Below, piece after piece: positions 16,525-26,341 of a stretch of DNA of 64,000 bases. Position 1 is the first letter of the stretch, and the number at the start of each line of letters is the position of its first letter. Source of the DNA: a virus; IMG/VR virus record IMGVR_UViG_3300045988_035487, positions 1 through 64,000 of that record, one strand, 5' to 3'. A program made the translations under genes and the position numbers. The notes beneath the pieces are model-generated. The model ran no database searches, was not told where the DNA came from, and was given only the letters and a program-made list of their open reading frames with translations.

Positions 16525-17332
16525 TATGGAGAAATTGAGTGCAGATGCGTTACGTTTAGCCTTAGTAACAGCATCTATGGAGTACTATAAGAAGTACGTA
16601 GAAGGCAATCAAGACTTTGACAATTCCGAGCAAATCAAAGAGGAGCTTGATAAGTTGGAAGCAGCAGGTTTAGGTAGAACTAAGAATGCAGAAACTCTTA
16701 GGACTATTCTCGAGTCTAAGAAGTATAAGTCAGCTTTAGGTCCAGAGAAATTAGACCTGAAGAAGGTTAACGAAATAACATCCTGGATTAAAGAATCGTA
16801 TCCTGATGCACTGGTTGTAACTTACGAGGATTTCTTTGCAATCCTGAAGAAGTACAATTTGTATTGTGGTCCAATATCGGCCTTCAGCGGATTCATTCCA
16901 AGTGAGAATGTGTCACAAATAGCAAAGGCTTCTAACGCTTTGAACTCTTTAAATCTTAACTACGTCAGTTGGGTTGAAGCTGCGAGAATAGATTCAAGAA
17001 TGTCTAAGGACATGACCAAACGGCTTGTTGAGTATTTCTCTAGATTCCCATTTGTATTCAAAGGTATTGACCGTGGTTATCAGTACATGAGGTCTATAGG
17101 TGGAAGTTATAAGGAGGAAGATTACCTACATCTTGGCACCTCATATCTAGACCATAGTGCTTGGTTAATTGCCGCGCCTTATGATACTATGGAGAATAAT
17201 ATTCGCATAGAAATCTTCTCTAAAGCTGAAGAAGACCGTAAAAGAAGGTTGGAAGACCCAATAGTATTTAGGGCTACCAAAATAGGTATTGTTATCGTGT
17301 CTATGTGGGGTGGTTGCAGAACACCTCTTTAG
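16499..17332 (+). CDS. hypothetical protein, paralog family member 1 of 3
   Basis: Shares the motifs L(E/K)AAGLG..KNA, YxGxIPxENVxxIxK and IxIVSMWGG with ORFs 18730 and 21614. Confidence 0.55.
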   Translation: MILKNIYHSMEKLSADALRLALVTASMEYYKKYVEGNQDFDNSEQIKEELDKLEAAGLGRTKNAETLRTILESKKYKSALGPEKLDLKKVNEITSWIKESYPDALVVTYEDFFAILKKYNLYCGPISAFSGFIPSENVSQIAKASNALNSLNLNYVSWVEAARIDSRMSKDMTKRLVEYFSRFPFVFKGIDRGYQYMRSIGGSYKEEDYLHLGTSYLDHSAWLIAAPYDTMENNIRIEIFSKAEEDRKRRLEDPIVFRATKIGIVIVSMWGGCRTPL

Positions 17333-17379
17333 GAATGACTATTAGTGTTTGACTATTAGTATTCTAACCACTGCTCCAT

Positions 17380-17462
17380 GCGGTTGTAGTGTAAAGGAGG
17401 GCACATCACTAATTTTAGTATGCGCACAAGTGATAGATTGGGTTCGATTCCCGACAGCCGCT
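17380..17462 (+). tRNA. tRNA-like gene with expanded (18-nt) anticodon loop; possible intron-containing tRNA
   Basis: Acceptor GCGGTTG/CAGCCGC. D arm GTGT-AAAGGAGG-GCAC. T arm TTGGG-TTCGATT-CCCGA. The anticodon stem ATCACT/AGTGAT encloses TAATTTTAGTATGCGCACA, so no canonical 7-nt loop can be assigned. Confidence 0.45.
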
Positions 17463-17494
17463 CACCCTGAACCCTGTAATTCTAATCCTATAAG

Positions 17495-17746
17495 ATGTTT
17501 GGAAAGAAACAATCAGCCGAACCGGCTAAAGTAACAAGTACCTCACTAGCCGAAGAATCAGCTAAGATTATTGATGTATTTGAGAAAGCTGTTACCAATC
17601 TTAAAGAGGTAGCATCTAAAGCTCAAGCAGAGAAAGAGGTTAGAGAACAAGAGATTATCGAATTACAAACTGAAGCTGCAAACCTTGAAGCAGTTTCTAA
17701 CAAAGCAACAGCCATGGCCGAGAAGATTGGTGGGTTGCTATCATAA
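17495..17746 (+). CDS. hypothetical coiled-coil protein
   Basis: 83-aa ORF. Confidence 0.4.
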   Translation: MFGKKQSAEPAKVTSTSLAEESAKIIDVFEKAVTNLKEVASKAQAEKEVREQEIIELQTEAANLEAVSNKATAMAEKIGGLLS

Positions 17747-17750
17747 CATT

Positions 17751-18215
17751 ATGGACAAAATCAGAGACGTATCAGAAATTGATTTCAAAGTAGAAGAAGT
17801 AATGAAAGCTAAATCTTTCAATGACTTCGTGAACGGAAATGTAGAGAAAGCTTTCTATTTGGGCTTCTTTAGAAATGAATTGCAACAACCTCTATCTGTT
17901 GCTATGCAAATTAGAGGTGATGAAGGCATAGCCTTAGTAAAGAGTTTTGACGAAGCAATGCAGAAGGCTAGACCTTATGTAGAAGAAATGTCTGCTATAG
18001 CTGATGATGCTATGGCTAAAGAGGAGTTCACAATGTTAGATGTAGTTAATGAAGTCTCTGACAAGGTTAACTACAAACAGGAGGAAGACAAATTCTATGT
18101 CATCTTTATCTTAGGTATGTGGGTTAAGCACCTTATTGATGAAGATGTCATATCCGAAACTGAAGAAGATGAGGATGATGAGGATTTTGTTGAGAATCCT
18201 AATGCCGACGCATAA
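17751..18215 (+). CDS. hypothetical protein with acidic C-terminal tail
   Basis: Start moved to the internal ATG at 17751 to remove the overlap. Ends EEDEDDEDFVENPNADA. Confidence 0.45.
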   Translation: MDKIRDVSEIDFKVEEVMKAKSFNDFVNGNVEKAFYLGFFRNELQQPLSVAMQIRGDEGIALVKSFDEAMQKARPYVEEMSAIADDAMAKEEFTMLDVVNEVSDKVNYKQEEDKFYVIFILGMWVKHLIDEDVISETEEDEDDEDFVENPNADA

Positions 18216-18609
18216 GTACAGAATATACTGTGATGGTGCCTATTCTCCTGCGAGAAATCAAGGGGGAATAGGCTTTGTCATTTTAGAGGATGACAAGAAG
18301 ATATTCCAGTATAGTAAGATGTATAAGAACAGCACCAATCAGCGAATGGAGCAAATGGCTGTCATAGTTGCCCTGGAATCCATAAAGGAACCTTCTGAAA
18401 TTACAATAGTAACAGATTCTATGTATATTGTAGGAACTCTTACTAAAGGGTGGAAGAGGAAAGCCAATACTGATTTGTGGGAACGTCTTGATAAGGCTGT
18501 GAACAGGCATAAAGTAGTGTCTGTTGAGTGGTGTAAAGGTCATGCAAGTGATGAACATAATAAGGAAGCCGACAAGCTTGCTTATAATGCTAGTAACGAA
18601 ATAGGATAA
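18202..18609 (+). CDS. rnhA: ribonuclease H
   Basis: YCDGAY, MEQMAVIVALE, TDSMYIV and GHASDEHNKEADKLA match the RNase H1 DEDD catalytic residues. Start is taken at the internal ATG. Confidence 0.75.
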   Translation: MPTHKYRIYCDGAYSPARNQGGIGFVILEDDKKIFQYSKMYKNSTNQRMEQMAVIVALESIKEPSEITIVTDSMYIVGTLTKGWKRKANTDLWERLDKAVNRHKVVSVEWCKGHASDEHNKEADKLAYNASNEIG

Positions 18610-18729
18610 ACCTATGAAATACAAGAAGAAAGTACAACGTCTTAAAGACCGACAGGCTTGGTGGGATAAGCAATCTGATTCATTTAAGAGAGCTACTACC
18701 AGACCAGGTTCAGTTAAACAAAAGTAATT

Positions 18730-19545
18730 ATGAACAATTTTAGTCCTTCTACAGATACGTCTGTAGGCACAAAGAGATTCACAGCCCAAGAAGTGCAATT
18801 AGCTTATACTCTAATGGCTGTAGAGTACATGAAGACTATTAAGGGTCTGAATCCGAATCATCAACTAGTTGATAAGGCTGTCAAACTGAAAGCTTTAGGA
18901 TTTACTAATTCTAAAGAAGTAGGTGATGCTATCACTTCGGAAGAGGACCTTAAAGTCTTAAAATGTTATAGCTTTTTGCAAAGACATTTCCCTGGCTCAT
19001 TGATACTTAAGGAGGAGGATTTCATTAATCTGAATGTTAAGTATGGATTAGTTGTTGGAAGACTATCAGCTTATAAAGGTTCTGTACCTGATGAGAACAT
19101 TGATGAAATCTCCAAGGTAATGGCTACTGCTCAAGCACTTGAAGCAAATGAGTATGTTAACTATAGCGGAAACGGTTCACCTTTACGGTATGTTACTGGT
19201 ATGCAAGTTGCTACTCACCCTATGCCTATTGATAGCATGTCCTATCCGGTTGGAAGGTACTTCATTAGGCAGGAACCTTCCCATATTGGACTTATGTATT
19301 TGAGTAGAAATAAGGCTAGAATGAATGCATATCCATTCTTTCATATCCTTAATAAAGCCAAGGCACATGATGTGAACATTGCTGATTCAAAAGAATGTAG
19401 CAGTGCTGACTTATTCATTGCCGCTCCTATTGAAGAAATGAATGAAACGATGCGGTTTACAGTTCCGGAAAGGAAGATTATTCCTATCAATAATGACCCA
19501 TTTGTATTTCAAGTAACTCCAATAGGGGGTAATGATTCACTCTAA
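18730..19545 (+). CDS. hypothetical protein, paralog family member 2 of 3
   Basis: See 16499. Confidence 0.55.
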   Translation: MNNFSPSTDTSVGTKRFTAQEVQLAYTLMAVEYMKTIKGLNPNHQLVDKAVKLKALGFTNSKEVGDAITSEEDLKVLKCYSFLQRHFPGSLILKEEDFINLNVKYGLVVGRLSAYKGSVPDENIDEISKVMATAQALEANEYVNYSGNGSPLRYVTGMQVATHPMPIDSMSYPVGRYFIRQEPSHIGLMYLSRNKARMNAYPFFHILNKAKAHDVNIADSKECSSADLFIAAPIEEMNETMRFTVPERKIIPINNDPFVFQVTPIGGNDSL

Positions 19546-19601
19546 ATGGGGAGTAGAAGCCGAAGACAATATATTCGACAATATTAAACCTTTATAAGAT
19601 T

Positions 19602-21614
19602 ATGGAATTTGTCAAGTTTAAAAGAGCAGTCCATGCGCAGTTTAATCGACTAGCTGCTGGTGCAGACATGCTCTTTCTGACTAATGTAGACAAGGATGCA
19701 TTATGGGATTGTTATCTTAATTCCTTTCCGGAGGAAGAGAGACAGTCTCATAATTGCAACAATTGTAAACATTATATCAGACATTATGGTAGAGTTGTCG
19801 CCATTAAAGACAATAAAGTAGTAACCATGTGGGAGAACCTACAGTTGGATGAACCTTATGCTACTGTAGCTAGAAATCTCGATGCATTAGTGAAATCAAA
19901 ACCAGTTGTAGATGTTTTTATCACTCGTGATTATGAACTAGGAATTGATAGAAACAATGCCTATATTGACAGTTTGCAAGGTCCTAAAGTAATTACCTGG
20001 AATCATCTTTACTATCATATGCCAAATCAATTGGTGTATACAGGAACTGAATCCGTATCTGCTGTAATGGGGACTTTACGCACAACTAAGGAAGTGTTCA
20101 AACGTGCACTGGAGGAATTAACTGTCGATTCTATAGAAACAGTTCTGGACTTAATAGGTCAGAATGCTTTATATAGAGGAGAACAGTTTAAAAATGACTT
20201 AAGTGTATTCCTGGGTCATAAAAGACACTATGATTCATTACCTGATGAAGAGAAAGACAACTGGTGTTGGGCAAACTTCAATCGTGTAGGATGTGCACGC
20301 ATTCGTAATACGGCAATTGGTACATTGTTGGTAAATATATCATCAGGACTTGAACTGGACGATTGTGTGACTGCATACGAACGTATCATGGCTCCAGAGA
20401 ACTATCAAAGACCTAAGTCAATTGTTACTAAAAGAATGATTGAGGAAGCACAGAAGAAAGTGCAGGAACTAGGTCTTATGGATTCTCTACCTCGTAGACA
20501 TGCTGCCTTAGAGGATATAACAGTCAACAATGTTATATTCGCTAACCGTGATGCCAAGAAGGTAATGGCCGGAAACATATTCGAGGAACTGGCCGCAGAC
20601 ACTAAAGTTAATCCTAAGAAGTTTGACAAGTTAACTGAAATTAGCATTGATGATTTCATTGCTAATGTGGTACCCACTGCCACTAACATAGAAGTGTTAA
20701 TGGAGAGTAGGCTGTCTAATAACTTAGTAACTCTTACAGCTCCTGTTAATAAGGATGCCAAGAATCTATTTAAATGGCCAAACAACTTTGCTTGGACATA
20801 TAATGGAGGAGTAGCTGATTCTATTAAAGAGAAAGTAAGAGCTGCTGGTGGTCAGACTGAAGGCTTCTTAAGATGTTCGTTGGCATGGTCTAACTATGAT
20901 GACTTGGATTTGCATGTCGTTGAACCTAATAATCTTGAAATTTATTACTCCAACAGAATCGGCAGAAGTGGTGGTAAGCTAGACGTGGATGAAAATGCTG
21001 GATATGGCAAAACTCGTAAACCCGTTGAGAACATTATATGGGTTGACGAACGTAAGATGCTTAAAGGTAATTACACCGTATATGTTAATAACTTCTGTTG
21101 TAGAGAATCTGTTGACACAGGCTTTACATTGGAAATAGAACACAATGGAGAAGTCCGACAATTTGTCTATGACAAGCCCGTTAAACATAAAGAGAATGTT
21201 AAAGTGGCCGAGATTACTTATAGTAAATCTAAAGGCATCCAAATAAGAGAGCTAATACCCAGTACTAGCAATTCGTCAATAGGCATATGGAATATTGATA
21301 CTAACAAGTTCCATAAGGTGAACGTGATGATGCTGTCTCCCAATTATTGGGATGAGCAGGGTATTGGCAATAAACATTACTTCTTTATGTTGGATGATTG
21401 CAAGAATCCGGAGCCTGTTCGTGGATTCTTTAACGAATATCTTAACAGTGAGCTAACTCCTCACCGTAAGGTATTTGAGGTTCTAGCTGATAAGATGAAG
21501 ACTCCTTACCAAGAACATCAATTGAGTGGATTAGGATTCTCATCTACTATGCGTAATTCCGTTATTGTTAAAGTGGACGGAACATTTAGTAGAACTTTAA
21601 AAGTCAATTTCTGA
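19602..21614 (+). CDS. large hypothetical protein
   Basis: 670-aa ORF with a CNNCKHY Cys motif near the N-terminus. No family recognised. Confidence 0.55.
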   Translation: MEFVKFKRAVHAQFNRLAAGADMLFLTNVDKDALWDCYLNSFPEEERQSHNCNNCKHYIRHYGRVVAIKDNKVVTMWENLQLDEPYATVARNLDALVKSKPVVDVFITRDYELGIDRNNAYIDSLQGPKVITWNHLYYHMPNQLVYTGTESVSAVMGTLRTTKEVFKRALEELTVDSIETVLDLIGQNALYRGEQFKNDLSVFLGHKRHYDSLPDEEKDNWCWANFNRVGCARIRNTAIGTLLVNISSGLELDDCVTAYERIMAPENYQRPKSIVTKRMIEEAQKKVQELGLMDSLPRRHAALEDITVNNVIFANRDAKKVMAGNIFEELAADTKVNPKKFDKLTEISIDDFIANVVPTATNIEVLMESRLSNNLVTLTAPVNKDAKNLFKWPNNFAWTYNGGVADSIKEKVRAAGGQTEGFLRCSLAWSNYDDLDLHVVEPNNLEIYYSNRIGRSGGKLDVDENAGYGKTRKPVENIIWVDERKMLKGNYTVYVNNFCCRESVDTGFTLEIEHNGEVRQFVYDKPVKHKENVKVAEITYSKSKGIQIRELIPSTSNSSIGIWNIDTNKFHKVNVMMLSPNYWDEQGIGNKHYFFMLDDCKNPEPVRGFFNEYLNSELTPHRKVFEVLADKMKTPYQEHQLSGLGFSSTMRNSVIVKVDGTFSRTLKVNF

Positions 21615-22552
21615 TGTTTAGATTTCTAAAACGCAATGATTCTGAAGTTATAACTCCAGAAGTGGTTGACGTGCCGGTGATGACTATTCAGTCCAACATA
21701 GCTATGGCTCTTGCTTTATGTATGGAGGAATATCTACGTTCTGTTTCCAAGACATCAGTTGATATTCCTAATAGAGATACATTAGTAAGAGAATACAACA
21801 CGTTGGTTGATGCTGGGCTAGGTAGCTCAAAGAATGCCAGGCTATTACAGGCTAAAATATCTGAATATAATCAGATAGCTCTGGATGCCATGCGCGCTAA
21901 GAACTTATTTAATTTCGTAAAGCGTGCAAGAGAGGTGTTCGGAGAGAGTACTCTTCTGGTTGGCTCTAAACAGTTTGATGAAGTTTGTAAGAAATATAAA
22001 CTTGTCAAAGGTCTACTAAAACAGTACACTGGAATAATTCCTGACCGTAATATCAGAGAAATCATAAAAGTTAAGCGCAAGCTTAATGGTGAAGGACCCA
22101 TGTTCTCTGATTTAGGATTGGGGTATGTTAATGGAGCATATTATTATGTTACAGGTATTAACTACGGATACAGTGACAGTGAAACTATGTTGAACAATCT
22201 GAAGAAATACATAGAATCACACAATCACATAGTTATTGGCCCTGATACAGAAGGCACACTCAGGCTGTCCAGTATAGTTAACAAGAATCCTGGTCTTCCT
22301 GCTGATGTAAAGGGTTTTAGCTACCCTAACATAGTTTCTTTTGATTCTGTTAAGATAAGCAAAAATGAGCTGTTTGTAGCCTGTCCTCCTGGTCAATTAA
22401 ACAACCCAGAGGTTACAATCACTAAGAAGGCAGTAGACCCTATTGTGTACCAGCCTTGTGCTTATGGTATTCTCATTCACAGTATGTGGGGAGAAGAGTC
22501 AGAGGACAAAGTGTTTGAAGAATATAAACGTATTAACAATTTAATGCTATAA
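21614..22552 (+). CDS. hypothetical protein, paralog family member 3 of 3
   Basis: See 16499. The C-terminus YGILIHSMWGEE matches IGIVIVSMWGG. Confidence 0.55.
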   Translation: MFRFLKRNDSEVITPEVVDVPVMTIQSNIAMALALCMEEYLRSVSKTSVDIPNRDTLVREYNTLVDAGLGSSKNARLLQAKISEYNQIALDAMRAKNLFNFVKRAREVFGESTLLVGSKQFDEVCKKYKLVKGLLKQYTGIIPDRNIREIIKVKRKLNGEGPMFSDLGLGYVNGAYYYVTGINYGYSDSETMLNNLKKYIESHNHIVIGPDTEGTLRLSSIVNKNPGLPADVKGFSYPNIVSFDSVKISKNELFVACPPGQLNNPEVTITKKAVDPIVYQPCAYGILIHSMWGEESEDKVFEEYKRINNLML

Positions 22553-22554
22553 TT

Positions 22555-22929
22555 ATGTTTGAGAAAGCATCTAGAATGAAATTGCGTTTTAACACGCAAC
22601 GTGGAGTTCTTTCTGTTGAAGACTTGTGGGATTTACCCTTAATTCAACTTGACAATATTGCAATTGCTCTTAACAAGAAATTGCAAGAGTCTAAAACTGA
22701 AAGCTTCATCAAAACCCGGACTAAGGACACTACCGAACTTGAACTGAAATTCAATATTGCAAAACACATTATTGATGTTAAGTTGCAAGAACAGGAAGAC
22801 CGTCTACTTGAAAGTGAGAAGAAAGCTAAGCGTCAGAAGATTCTTGACCTTATGGCTAAGAAACAAGACGCTGAACTCGAAGGCAAATCTCTGGAAGAAT
22901 TAGCTAAAGAACTTGAAGCACTTAATTGA
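22555..22929 (+). CDS. hypothetical protein
   Basis: 124-aa ORF, charged and helical. Confidence 0.5.
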   Translation: MFEKASRMKLRFNTQRGVLSVEDLWDLPLIQLDNIAIALNKKLQESKTESFIKTRTKDTTELELKFNIAKHIIDVKLQEQEDRLLESEKKAKRQKILDLMAKKQDAELEGKSLEELAKELEALN

Positions 22930-23192
22930 TTATGGACTTTGAGAAAGAAATAAAGAAATGGCAGAAGGTGAACAGTTCTGAAACTAAAGCCCAGCTCTTT
23001 GAAGCAGTAGATTACATCTGCGCTGATGAGCCTAATGGATTAGTAGGAGTAACTGGTTTGCTATTTGATGCCGATAAACTCAAGAGGAGTATCAATGCTG
23101 CGCTTTCCAGGAGAGCGGAAGCTAACGTGGTTACACGTAGATATGGTTTGCGTCAGCAGGTGCTATACTTGATGTACTATGGCGAAGAGTGA
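22926..23192 (+). CDS. hypothetical protein
   Basis: 88-aa ORF. Confidence 0.45.
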   Translation: MIMDFEKEIKKWQKVNSSETKAQLFEAVDYICADEPNGLVGVTGLLFDADKLKRSINAALSRRAEANVVTRRYGLRQQVLYLMYYGEE

Positions 23193-23339
23193 CTATAAGT
23201 GCTCTTGCGCTGGAAGAGGCTAAACTTTAAAGGAAGCATGTAAGTAATACTGTGAGTTATGCTGACAGACCGTCCACGTGAAAAGCCCAGTACGTGATAC
23301 TGGCAAGGGCGGCCGTTAAATCGGAATTGCTTCCTGTAT

Positions 23340-23411
23340 GGTCCCATAGTTCAATGGATAGAACGCTGGTCTACGGAACCTGAAATGGCAGTTCGACTCT
23401 GCCTGGGACTA
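23340..23411 (+). tRNA. tRNA-Arg(ACG)
   Basis: Acceptor GGTCCCA/TGGGACT. D arm GTTC-AATGGATA-GAAC. Anticodon loop CTACGGA (the stem has one U-U). T arm GGCAG-TTCGACT-CTGCC. Confidence 0.65.
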
Positions 23412-23431
23412 CTAACTTAATAAGGAAAGAG

Positions 23432-24034
23432 ATGACTAACTTAGAAATTATTAAAAGATTAAAGACTGCTAAAGACTTGTACGATAAAGATACAAAGCCA
23501 GGTAGTGATAAGAATGGTGGTATGTGCCACTATATGAAGCAAGCATTCAACGGAGTGTTTAAAGAAGGAATACCTCCCTCTTATAATGAATTAGTGGCAT
23601 TAATTCCGGAGTTTAACCCAGAGTTTCTAGGAGGTAATGTCAAACAAGAAGAAGTGGCTAGACTTGTCTTCTGGTGGCCAGTAGATGAGAAGAAACATAG
23701 GCTTGTAGCTTTTGATAAGCTCATCCATTGGTACACAGAAAGAATCAATAAGCACGCTATCTTACTAAAAGCTAAGAAGCTGTTTGAAGACCATTCAGAA
23801 TACTGGGGAATGTGCTTTTGTATCGAGCATGCTATGGCTGGAACCGAACGAGGAATCAACATCTACGATGAATGTGATGTAGTTGCCATGTTCCCCGAGT
23901 TCAATAGAGAGTTTTTAGGTGCGCCTAAAGACAGGTATGGTAAGGCATTTTGGTGGACTCCCGATGACGAGAAGGGTCACAATGCTAGGATTGAAGCATT
24001 TGATAAACTGATTAAGTATTACGAAGGAAGATGA
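23432..24034 (+). CDS. hypothetical protein made of two tandem homologous domains
   Basis: Internal duplication: PEFNPEFLGG...FWWPVDEKKHRLVAFDKLIHWY and PEFNREFLGA...FWWTPDDEKGHNARIEAFDKLIKYY. Confidence 0.5.
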   Translation: MTNLEIIKRLKTAKDLYDKDTKPGSDKNGGMCHYMKQAFNGVFKEGIPPSYNELVALIPEFNPEFLGGNVKQEEVARLVFWWPVDEKKHRLVAFDKLIHWYTERINKHAILLKAKKLFEDHSEYWGMCFCIEHAMAGTERGINIYDECDVVAMFPEFNREFLGAPKDRYGKAFWWTPDDEKGHNARIEAFDKLIKYYEGR

Positions 24035-24396
24035 ACTGGATAAAAAGAATCATGAATAAGTTATTTATTGATAATGAGTCTTATGACATTGAAGAGGACA
24101 ATATCACTATCTCACAAATCAAGCGTAAAATTTACGTAAATGGTAAATTAATATCTGAAACGAATAAGGATAGTGTACATATCAGTTTTACTGGTAATGT
24201 AAAAGAACTTAACTGCAACACATGTGATATTGACGGAGACGCATTTACTGTACATGGTAATAGTGTTAAAGTTAAAGGCAATGTGGGAGGTTCTATAGAA
24301 GCTAACAGTATTGAGGTTGGTGGTAATGTACAAGGAGACATCGATGCTAATTCTGTTAAAATAAAAGGCAGACATACTGGGAGTATTAACGTATAA
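24031..24396 (+). CDS. bactofilin-like (beta-helical polymer-forming) protein
   Basis: Repetitive beta-helix segment VHGNSVKVKGNVGGSIEANSIEVGGNVQGDIDANSVKIKG. Confidence 0.5.
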   Translation: MNWIKRIMNKLFIDNESYDIEEDNITISQIKRKIYVNGKLISETNKDSVHISFTGNVKELNCNTCDIDGDAFTVHGNSVKVKGNVGGSIEANSIEVGGNVQGDIDANSVKIKGRHTGSINV

Positions 24397-24404
24397 CGTA
24401 AAGG

Positions 24405-24478
24405 GGTCTAGTAGCTCAGTAGAATAGAGCGTCCCTCTCCTAAAGGGAAGGTCACGAGTTTGAATCTCGTCTGGACCA
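24405..24478 (+). tRNA. tRNA-Arg(CCT)
   Basis: Acceptor GGTCTAG/CTGGACC. D arm GCTC-AGTAGAATA-GAGC. Anticodon stem TCCCT/AGGGA with loop CTCCTAA. T arm ACGAG-TTTGAAT-CTCGT. Confidence 0.85.
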
Positions 24479-24498
24479 CAAACCAATTATTAGTTATT

Positions 24499-24822
24499 AT
24501 GAAGAATATCTTTAATTTTGGTAAATTGTTGGAAGGTGAATCTATGAATGCGGACGAGGCATATTCAGTTGCCACTTACAATGAAGTGGTGACACAAGAA
24601 ACTCTAGTTAAGAGGTTTCTAGATACTACTGACCAACTTATTAAGGCTAAGAGTGAGAACAATTACTTTAGTCTTGTTATGGATTTGAATGATGATGTAG
24701 CTAAAGCCAAGGATGAAATTCTTAAATACTACGAAGATAAACGATTCTTCGTTAAGGTTATTGATAAAGAAGGATATCCTGGCTTAGTTGGAGAATATCT
24801 ATTCATATCCTGGAAGAAGTAA
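24499..24822 (+). CDS. hypothetical protein
   Basis: The ORF 24460..24822 was trimmed to the ATG at 24499 so that it no longer overlaps tRNA-Arg. Confidence 0.5.
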   Translation: MKNIFNFGKLLEGESMNADEAYSVATYNEVVTQETLVKRFLDTTDQLIKAKSENNYFSLVMDLNDDVAKAKDEILKYYEDKRFFVKVIDKEGYPGLVGEYLFISWKK

Positions 24823-24975
24823 ATTTCTTTATTCTAACATAACCACAGGCATAATTGAGAGTGAAATGCCTGTTTAAGCAGTCCCCACTGCTGTAATGGT
24901 GATTTGATTACCATACATTATCTTAAGCCCTTGAGGGTTGGTGTGAATAGACTATTCACATGTTCTTAACATTAA

Positions 24976-25344
24976 TTGTTAACGACAATGACATTCGATG
25001 AACAAGACTCTCTTATAGAGTCATTGAACGCGGCTTATGATAAAGCCGGAACTATTACAGATGAAGACATCAAAGAACTGTTTGCTAAGAAGAATGTAAT
25101 CGCTGATGAAGATGAGCAGACTTCTTACGAGTTCGATGAGTTCTTTGCAGAAGTAGTAAGCAAATGGGCACAAGACGGGCTGACTGATGAGAAAGCTCAA
25201 TTATTGCTCAATCTTATTGATAGCGCTGACGGTAGTGTGGACGATTCTGAAGACGCAATGTTGGAAGAATTATCTATGGCTGAACTGACTGGCGTGGACA
25301 TATCTGAAATATTAAAAGATAAGTTCCCAGACTACTTTGAATAG
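24976..25344 (+). CDS. hypothetical acidic protein
   Basis: 122-aa ORF, very rich in D and E. Confidence 0.5.
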   Translation: MLTTMTFDEQDSLIESLNAAYDKAGTITDEDIKELFAKKNVIADEDEQTSYEFDEFFAEVVSKWAQDGLTDEKAQLLLNLIDSADGSVDDSEDAMLEELSMAELTGVDISEILKDKFPDYFE

Positions 25345-25617
25345 TTCTTATGTATGGTGATAGGTTATGGAATAGACATTCCAGCCAGAATATCACTAGG
25401 GGGGGGGTGTAGGCTCTTCTTCGTTGCTCCTAGCAACACACCTAATGCCAGGAATTGGCATTATTGTTATCAGTTTATGGTAACGGACTTTAGGCTACGT
25501 TATATTTAATGTAGTGCTAATCGCGCAGAACGATATTCGTACTGCCGTTTAGGGTCAAATTCAGATTAGTTATTAGATTATTCTTTACTTCTAATGAGGT
25601 AAGGTCTACTCTAGTGA

Positions 25618-25923
25618 TTGTCTGGGTTTGGCCCTTCTTTTTTAACTTTAGATATGCAGAGGTTTAAATATGAAGACAATGAACTAATACCCATTTTACA
25701 GGCAGGAGACCTTATCACTGTAAACGGTAGTCCGGTGGAAATCGTTGACAGTGGTTGCGCGTGCTTTGGCTGTTACTTTAAAGCCAGTGACTGTACTATG
25801 GAGTGTAGATGTCCACTTGACGGAGACTTGATATTTCGAAAGGTGGAAAAGAAGATTAAACAAGATGAGAGGGTTGAGCAAACTAAAAGCGTGGCTAAAG
25901 AGGAAGGGGTTTACTTCTACTAA
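25618..25923 (+). CDS. hypothetical Cys-rich protein
   Basis: 101-aa ORF with CACFGCYFKASDCTMECRC. Confidence 0.45.
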   Translation: MSGFGPSFLTLDMQRFKYEDNELIPILQAGDLITVNGSPVEIVDSGCACFGCYFKASDCTMECRCPLDGDLIFRKVEKKIKQDERVEQTKSVAKEEGVYFY

Positions 25924-26341
25924 TTATAAGGGAGATTCGGAGTACTATACATTAAATGGATTCTCTGCTACTGTGAGGTTAGCAGACCATGTAGGAAGAG
26001 AAGGAACTGAAACTGATAAATATATAAATATCATTCCAGACGGAGTTGATAGATATGTATTTATTTATGACAGAATATCTACTTCTATGAGCCATAAGGA
26101 ACTTATTAAGGCATTAGATGCTTTAATATATCTGCATGGTAAAATTCCCAAGTATTTCGAGAACAGAGACCTTATTAAGAAGAGATATGAAGATGCTGTT
26201 TCCAGCGTCCAATCCCATTTAGCCAGAAGGACGGTAGACCAACGAGCAGTGTTGGTTAAGGGCGTTAGTACCTTAGAACCCGTCATACTCGAGTTGCAGA
26301 AACTATGTTGTCAATTTAGAGTAGAGAAAGAGAAATTGTGA
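25865..26341 (+). CDS. hypothetical protein
   Basis: 158-aa ORF. Confidence 0.5.
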   Translation: MRGLSKLKAWLKRKGFTSTNYKGDSEYYTLNGFSATVRLADHVGREGTETDKYINIIPDGVDRYVFIYDRISTSMSHKELIKALDALIYLHGKIPKYFENRDLIKKRYEDAVSSVQSHLARRTVDQRAVLVKGVSTLEPVILELQKLCCQFRVEKEKL

